From Desulfosoma sp. (GTDB taxonomy: Bacteria > Desulfobacterota > Syntrophobacteria > Syntrophobacterales > DSM-9756), in the NCBI GenBank assembly GCA_037481835.1, contig JBBFKW010000017.1, forward strand, positions 32,001-96,000: a stretch of DNA of 64,000 nucleotides, written 5' to 3'. The notes beneath the pieces are model-generated. The model worked only from the letters and a program-made list of their open reading frames with translations, made no database searches and was not told where the DNA came from. Below are positions 58,622-64,000 of the stretch, one piece after another (positions within the stretch are counted from its first letter, which is position 1; every line of letters starts with the position of its first letter). The translations under genes and the position numbers were made by a program.

Positions 58622-58891
58622 CTAGCCCGCATCCGATTGGATCGACTCCAAAACTATCCGGTAATCTTCGTAGATGCGCGCGTCGCTTTCGATGACTTCG
58701 TAAAGATCATCGAGATCCATGGCAATGACGGCGTCCTTGTCCGGCGCTTCTTCTTTGAGTTCGATCCAGATCCAATCCAGGAGCATTTCTTCGGGATCGT
58801 TGTAGCCTTCCTCATTCTTGTCCAAAACCCCGTCGGCAAGTTTGCGGCTGACTTTCTTCAGAGCCGCTTTCACAAATTCTTTCATTTCCAT
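58622..58891 (-). CDS. hypothetical acidic protein (89 aa)
   Basis: GGAGG RBS, own terminator, protein-like composition. Confidence 0.8.
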   Translation of the reverse strand: MEMKEFVKAALKKVSRKLADGVLDKNEEGYNDPEEMLLDWIWIELKEEAPDKDAVIAMDLDDLYEVIESDARIYEDYRIVLESIQSDAG

Positions 58892-58936
58892 GTCTTATCG
58901 CCTCCATGTCTTGCATCGGGAAAAAGCCTTCTTGAG

Positions 58937-59059
58937 GCCGTATCGCCCTTTCTTCCCCGGGGACGTCGTCCTGTTCCAACGGCCCGCCGAACGGGAGACC
59001 TTCATGGCCTGCGCGTTTCCGAGGCATGCCAAAGAACGTCGTCCCACGGCGCACACGGC
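58937..59059 (-). ncRNA. candidate structured RNA (5' leader or sRNA)
   Basis: long closing stem with G-U pairs on the minus strand, inner GAAA tetraloop hairpin, TTGAAA-17bp-TATCAA directly upstream. Confidence 0.4.
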
Positions 59060-59210
59060 TTGATAGCGGATTTGACAGAGCTTTTCAACATGCAAACACC
59101 TTGAGGCTTAAGAAAAAGCGTGTGTTTTTCTTTTCCCGCCCACATTTCCTGTGCTAACTTCTCCGCGTTTTTGACCCCAGAGGCCGGACACAAAGGAGCC
59201 GAAAGCAACC

Positions 59211-59864
59211 ATGAGAGAACGTCAATACGTGATCGATGCCATGACCATTCAGGATTCGTGGCGGCTTTTCAAAATCCTGGCAGAGTTTGTGGAAGGTTTT
59301 GAAATCCTCGGCGATATCTATCCGGCGGTCTCCATTTTCGGTTCGGCCCGCGTGCGTCCCGGAGACCCCACTTATGAGTTGACGGTGGAGATCGCCAAGA
59401 AGTTGGCGCAAAACGGCTACAACATCATTACCGGCGGCGGACCGGGGGTCATGGAAGCGGGCAACAAGGGCGCCCGGGAAGGCGGAGCCCGCTCCATCGG
59501 GTTGAACATCGAGCTGCCCATGGAGCAGGAAGCGAACCCCTACGCCGACGTCAAAATCAACTTCAAGTACTTTTTCGTCCGCAAGGTCATGTTCGTCAAA
59601 TACGCCCAGGCCTACGTGGCCATGCCGGGCGGCTACGGCACCTTGGACGAAGTCTTCGAAGCCCTCACGCTCATCCAGACCAAGCGCATCAAGCCCTTCC
59701 CCATTATTCTCGTCGGCAGCGAGTACTGGGGCGGGCTCCTTCACTGGATGCGCCACACCCTTCTGGCTCGGGGCCTCATTTCACCCGAGGACCCTGAGCT
59801 GGTCATGCTGGCGGACGAACCTGATCAGGTGGTCAAGATCATCAAGAAATACGTCATTGTGTAG
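59211..59864 (+). CDS. LOG family protein (TIGR00730-like)
   Basis: FGSAR, TGGGPGVMEA, YFFVRK, PGGYGTLDE. Confidence 0.93.
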   Translation: MRERQYVIDAMTIQDSWRLFKILAEFVEGFEILGDIYPAVSIFGSARVRPGDPTYELTVEIAKKLAQNGYNIITGGGPGVMEAGNKGAREGGARSIGLNIELPMEQEANPYADVKINFKYFFVRKVMFVKYAQAYVAMPGGYGTLDEVFEALTLIQTKRIKPFPIILVGSEYWGGLLHWMRHTLLARGLISPEDPELVMLADEPDQVVKIIKKYVIV

Positions 59865-61347
59865 GGGCGCTGGACCCCTCGGCCGACACGAATTCCAAAT
59901 GACCCTCGTGGGGCGCCAGGAGGGCGGAGGCCTCGATGTGGATCTCTTTCTTGAAGTGCTCTTCCAAGGCCATGAGGTCCTTGCGCTTTCGGTTCAGCAG
60001 GTAGTGGGCGATATCGGGGGCAAGGCGGGCATGGACGGCGATGACATCGTCTTTGAGGAACCCGTTCCAGATTTTTCTGAGATACCAGACGGCCGAGGCT
60101 TCCGTGGAGCGCACCATGCCACTTCCTTCGCAAAAGGGGCACGGCCGATAGGAACCCAGTTGGATGCTCAACCCCAGGTGTTCCCGGGAAATTTCAAGAA
60201 GGCCGAAGGAGGAAATCTTTCCGACCTTGACCTTGGCCTTGTCTTTCTTGACCTCTTCCCGGATGCGCCGCTCCACGTTACGGATGTGCTGCGCCTGGCG
60301 CATATCGATGAAATCCACCACCACTAACCCGCCCAAATCCCTCAGGCGAAGCTGTCGAGGAATCTCTTCCGCCGCTTCCATATTGACGCGGTAGATGTTT
60401 TCTTCCTGGGCCGTTTCCCGGGTGGCACGGCCGGAATTGACATCGATGGCCACCAACGCCTCGGTGCTGTCAATGACGAGGTAGCCACCCGATTTGAGAG
60501 GCACTTTCTTTTGAAAGAGCTGGTCGATTTGGTCTTCCAGATGAAACTTGTTGAAAAGGGGCGCGTCCCCCTTGTAGAGCTTGACCAGCCGCTGGTGCCT
60601 GGGGCTGATGATGCGGATGAATTCCTTGACTTGTCGGTGCACATCCGGATTGTCCACCATGATGGATTTGATGGCCGGGTGGAAGTAGTCGCGCACCACG
60701 CGGATGGCCAGATCCCGTTCCCGATAGATGAGGGCCGGCGCCTGGGCTTCTTTGACTTTCTCGAGGATGCCTTCCCAGATGCGAATGAGGGAGCGGAGGT
60801 CCTTTTGGATCTCCCGCTTCGTGCGGTTTTCGGCGGCCGTGCGGACAATGATGCCCATCTCTTCGGGAACTTCCAGTTCCTGGGCGATCTGCTTCAGGCG
60901 TTCTCTTTGGGCCTCGTCTTCGATCTTTCTCGACACCCCCCTTTGATTCTGTCCGGGGGCCAAGACCAGATAGCGGCCCGCAAGAGACACATAGGTCGTC
61001 AAGGCGGCGCCTTTGGTGCCGATTTCTTCCTTGGTCACCTGCACCAGGACTTCTTGCCCCTGGCGGATGACGTCCTGGATCTTGGGCGGCCCTTCGATTT
61101 CTACGGCATAATAGTCGGGATGAATTTCACTCAAGGGAAGAAAGCCGTTGCGTTCTCCGCCGTAATCCACAAAGGCGGCCTGGAGCGACGGCTGCACGTT
61201 GACCACGACGCCCTTGTAAATGTTGCCCACCACTTTGCCCCGCGTCGCCGTTTCGATGAAAAAACCTTCCAGCGACTGGCCATCCACCAAGGCCACGCGG
61301 AGTTCTTCGGGATACTGCGCATTGATGAGGAGATGCTGGGCGCTCAT
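59854..61347 (-). CDS. Rne/Rng family ribonuclease
   Basis: GNIYKG, AAFVDYG, LAGRYLV, AIDVNSG, RQLRLRDLGGLVVVDFIDM, CPFCEG. Confidence 0.95.
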   Translation of the reverse strand: MSAQHLLINAQYPEELRVALVDGQSLEGFFIETATRGKVVGNIYKGVVVNVQPSLQAAFVDYGGERNGFLPLSEIHPDYYAVEIEGPPKIQDVIRQGQEVLVQVTKEEIGTKGAALTTYVSLAGRYLVLAPGQNQRGVSRKIEDEAQRERLKQIAQELEVPEEMGIIVRTAAENRTKREIQKDLRSLIRIWEGILEKVKEAQAPALIYRERDLAIRVVRDYFHPAIKSIMVDNPDVHRQVKEFIRIISPRHQRLVKLYKGDAPLFNKFHLEDQIDQLFQKKVPLKSGGYLVIDSTEALVAIDVNSGRATRETAQEENIYRVNMEAAEEIPRQLRLRDLGGLVVVDFIDMRQAQHIRNVERRIREEVKKDKAKVKVGKISSFGLLEISREHLGLSIQLGSYRPCPFCEGSGMVRSTEASAVWYLRKIWNGFLKDDVIAVHARLAPDIAHYLLNRKRKDLMALEEHFKKEIHIEASALLAPHEGHLEFVSAEGSSAPTQ

Positions 61348-62702
61348 AGGCTCTCGGTACGGGATCCCCGCGCCGTGCGGCGCTGTTGGGCTTGATAGAG
61401 AAAAGTTTTCAGGATGACGTCCCGGTTGGGTTGGGTCGTCCCGTCGTAAGGGGCGTCCACGTAAGGGATATGTTTTTCCGAAAGGATCGGTTTAAGGATT
61501 GCGGAACAGACGGTGCTGGGCATGCAGGTAAAGGGAAAGACGTTCACGATGCCGTCGAAACCTTCATGAACGTATGCCAGGGCGCCGCCGATGCTCAAAG
61601 CCGCTTCGGTGCCGATATCGAAGCTGAAATGACGGTTGTTATCCAGAAAATGTTCAATGTGACGCACCGAATGATCCGGCTGAATATCCAGGTGGCGCAG
61701 AACCCGGGCGTAGACCTGATGCTGGCGCCAGGACTGGTAGCCGTTTTCCAGGCGCTGGTGCAGCACCGCCTTCGCCGCTCGCACAGCCGCCGCTCGGCGG
61801 CCTCTGCGCCACGCCTCGGCACAGCGCTTCTTTTCCTTGCGCAGCCGCTCATAGCTCACGAAGTTGATCCACTCCGCAATGGAGGCGTCCACCACCTCGC
61901 CGCCGTAGGCTTCCAGCTGCCGGATGATGTTCTGGTTCGACTCCGGGTGGCTTCTCAGGTAAATCTCGCCGATGATCCCGATTTTCGGTCTCCTGGGCTT
62001 TCTCGGATCGATGAAGGAGGCCGCCGTTCGGGCCACGTCCTCCACGAGATCGTAGAGGCGGCCGAAGTCCCGCATAGGGCCGTATTTCCTCACAGCCTCT
62101 TCCATGGCCTGCAGGGCTTCTTCCATGAAGGCGTCCGTCATCCCCGGCCGCAACTCGTACGGGCGCACCCGCCAGACGATGCGGTCGAAAACGTCGGCGA
62201 TCACGGAAGCCACATAGGCCACCCGTCGGAAATATCGGGCTTTTTTTGCGGGCATCAGCCCGGCGACGGAATAGGCGTCTTGGGTGGACAGATACGTAAT
62301 GGGAATTTCTCGGTATTCCGGAAACCGATCGAGGACGATCCGCTGAAACTTGTTGTACATGCCGAACCGACACGGCCCGTCCGATTCCGGCAGGAAATAG
62401 ACATAGCGTTCGGGGTCGAAGTCTTTGCCCAGGCGGCTTTTTTCCTGTTCCAAGAAATAGAGGATATCGCCAAGGGTCACTTGGCACGGGAAGCATTCCT
62501 TGCCCGAGGTAAACTCCTTGCCCAACGCCAGGCCCTTGTAGGTTTCCAGCACCATGGCCGGAACGCCGAACGCCCGAAAGCTCGCCGCCAAGAGCCGTGT
62601 GCCGAACGGCGTCATCTGAGGCAGCAGGAGCATGCGTCCGGTGACGTCGAAACGATCAACCCCTTGGTGCAGACGGTCCAAAGCCTTTCCCTCGGCGGGC
62701 AT
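61344..62702 (-). CDS. CoA-activase-associated / 2-hydroxyacyl-CoA dehydratase-like subunit
   Basis: SGKECFPC, GPCRFGMY, IGIIGEIY, GTEAALSIG, PFTCMP. Confidence 0.82.
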   Translation of the reverse strand: MPAEGKALDRLHQGVDRFDVTGRMLLLPQMTPFGTRLLAASFRAFGVPAMVLETYKGLALGKEFTSGKECFPCQVTLGDILYFLEQEKSRLGKDFDPERYVYFLPESDGPCRFGMYNKFQRIVLDRFPEYREIPITYLSTQDAYSVAGLMPAKKARYFRRVAYVASVIADVFDRIVWRVRPYELRPGMTDAFMEEALQAMEEAVRKYGPMRDFGRLYDLVEDVARTAASFIDPRKPRRPKIGIIGEIYLRSHPESNQNIIRQLEAYGGEVVDASIAEWINFVSYERLRKEKKRCAEAWRRGRRAAAVRAAKAVLHQRLENGYQSWRQHQVYARVLRHLDIQPDHSVRHIEHFLDNNRHFSFDIGTEAALSIGGALAYVHEGFDGIVNVFPFTCMPSTVCSAILKPILSEKHIPYVDAPYDGTTQPNRDVILKTFLYQAQQRRTARGSRTESL

Positions 62703-62721
62703 GGAACCTCCAGAGGCTCTT

Positions 62722-64000
62722 TCAGTTGCTCAACGTGCCGGCCAGCACATCCCAATCGGCGGAGCCCAGCAATCCTTCGTGGACGTTTTTCACCACGTTG
62801 CGAAAGGCTTCCACACGGGTCAGGAGCCCCGCCACGGCGCTGTGTTCGTCCAGTTCCAGGATGAGGGCCGGTTTGTCTTCCAGGATATGGCGGTAGAAAT
62901 GTTCAATAAAGGAATCGGGCCCGCAACTGAAATTGCTCAAGTGCACGCCGAACCACTGGGGGGTGCGGGCGATGCGCTTGGCGCTCTTCAGGATGCGGGC
63001 GCCCAAGCCCCAGTACATCCTGGGAAAATCACTCAAATGCTCCCGGTCCATCTCCAGCAGGTCCGCCGGAACGGCCCAGATCCCCAGTTTGGCCAAATGG
63101 CGCCCCAGCCTCAGGTTCAATCGTTCATCGTAGAGGTTGTACGGCCGGCCGGTGACGATCCAGACGGGTTCAAGGCCGGGCACCTGAGCCAGCATGCTCC
63201 GGCCCAGATCCGCAACGCGGCTGCGGAACAGCTGCTGATAGGCCCAGGCGGCGCGGACGGCCGCTTCCACCCGGCCCCTGCCCATCCGCCAGGATTGGGG
63301 CAGAGCGGCCGCAACGGCCGGGACGAGCCCTTCAGGCCCCTGCTTCAAATAAAGGGTCGGGCGGATGATCCGCTCATCGGCAAGGCCGAGCGCCGCCCGC
63401 ACCATGTACTGGGAACTCTCCACCAGCGGGCAGAACATGCCCGCTTCATGTCGGCCGGAAACGGGCATGTCGATGACATTGGGCAAAAAGAGGTATTCGG
63501 CATGGTCCAGCAGCATGCGCACATGCCCGTGGAACACCTTGACGGGAAAGCAGGTTTCCGCCGTCATGGATTCCACGCCCTTGAGCGCGATGCGGTTGTC
63601 CGTCTTTGGGCTCACCACCACGCGGCAGCCCAAAGCCGCCAGGAGGCGCACCCAGAAGGGTCCCCATTCCAAGGCGTGCAGGGCCAGGGGCACGCCCACC
63701 ACGGGACGCCCTTCATTCGATGGGTTGACTTCGCTCGGTTCCCCCGCCACGTCCGCGTGTTCCCGAACCATCTCCCAGAACAGTCGCTGGCGGGCTTCAA
63801 AGGCGTTGAAGGCCGTCTGCCCCCGGTAGTGGCTCACTTCGTACCGGCCGCAATCGCCCCCCCAAACGCTCTTTCGGCCGACGAAATCGTAAATCTTGAG
63901 CTTGCATTCGTTGTGGCAGTTCTTGTCGGCTCGACACAAGGATTCCGTAAATTCCACGGTCGCTTCGGCCAGGGCCCGAAAATCCCGTGTTTTTTCGGAA
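62722..64000 (-). CDS. acyl-CoA dehydratase activase-related protein (DUF2229-like), 5' end outside window
   Basis: CHNEC, GGDCGRY, ETCFPVKVFHGH, GRPYN, FSCGPDSF, ELDEHS. Confidence 0.85.
   Translation of the reverse strand, partial: SEKTRDFRALAEATVEFTESLCRADKNCHNECKLKIYDFVGRKSVWGGDCGRYEVSHYRGQTAFNAFEARQRLFWEMVREHADVAGEPSEVNPSNEGRPVVGVPLALHALEWGPFWVRLLAALGCRVVVSPKTDNRIALKGVESMTAETCFPVKVFHGHVRMLLDHAEYLFLPNVIDMPVSGRHEAGMFCPLVESSQYMVRAALGLADERIIRPTLYLKQGPEGLVPAVAAALPQSWRMGRGRVEAAVRAAWAYQQLFRSRVADLGRSMLAQVPGLEPVWIVTGRPYNLYDERLNLRLGRHLAKLGIWAVPADLLEMDREHLSDFPRMYWGLGARILKSAKRIARTPQWFGVHLSNFSCGPDSFIEHFYRHILEDKPALILELDEHSAVAGLLTRVEAFRNVVKNVHEGLLGSADWDVLAGTLSN

Noticed and set aside
58937..59059. c-di-GMP-I riboswitch, 6S RNA or SRP RNA
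   Set aside because: Only loose resemblance; GCAAA/GACGCAAAG cores and the SRP helix-8 motif are absent; too short and wrong context for 6S

Overview
GC-rich (roughly 60% by eye) bacterial chromosome window. Gene content suggests an anaerobic, fatty-acid-oxidising deltaproteobacterium, probably Syntrophobacterales-like (inference). Layout: (1) 1-16.4 kb housekeeping genes (alr, argS, SPOR protein, M20 peptidase, hisD, rlpA, a Re-citrate-synthase-like enzyme with a Cache-type tail, aspS, hisS, a sigma-54 response regulator). (2) 16.8-31.5 kb anion permease, FadL, ManA and an eight-gene acyl-CoA catabolic operon with a TetR regulator and an HMGS-like/DUF35 plus thiolase pair. (3) 31.6-46 kb accessory block: an IS1634 remnant, a 1028-aa radical SAM / ArsM-like methyltransferase / DUF5714 fusion followed by a MerA-like flavoprotein, an FprA-hemerythrin-ferredoxin-Isf-DUF1638-Crp/Fnr stress cluster containing a 44-aa Cys-rich ORF missing from the ORF track, and an SPFH plus zinc-ribbon pair. 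(4) 46-54 kb two divergent CoA-ligase operons around a LiuR-like MerR regulator. (5) 54-64 kb core genes (ABC ATPase, Qor, radC, mlaC, rlmI, LOG, RNase E/G, CoA-activase pair) and a candidate structured RNA. Several REP-like repeat families occupy the intergenic spaces. No rRNA, tRNA or CRISPR array was seen. The best candidate for a new system is the rSAM-ArsM-DUF5714 plus MerA-like locus, a possible organoarsenic-modifying pathway. All family calls come from motifs recognised by eye; no database search was run.
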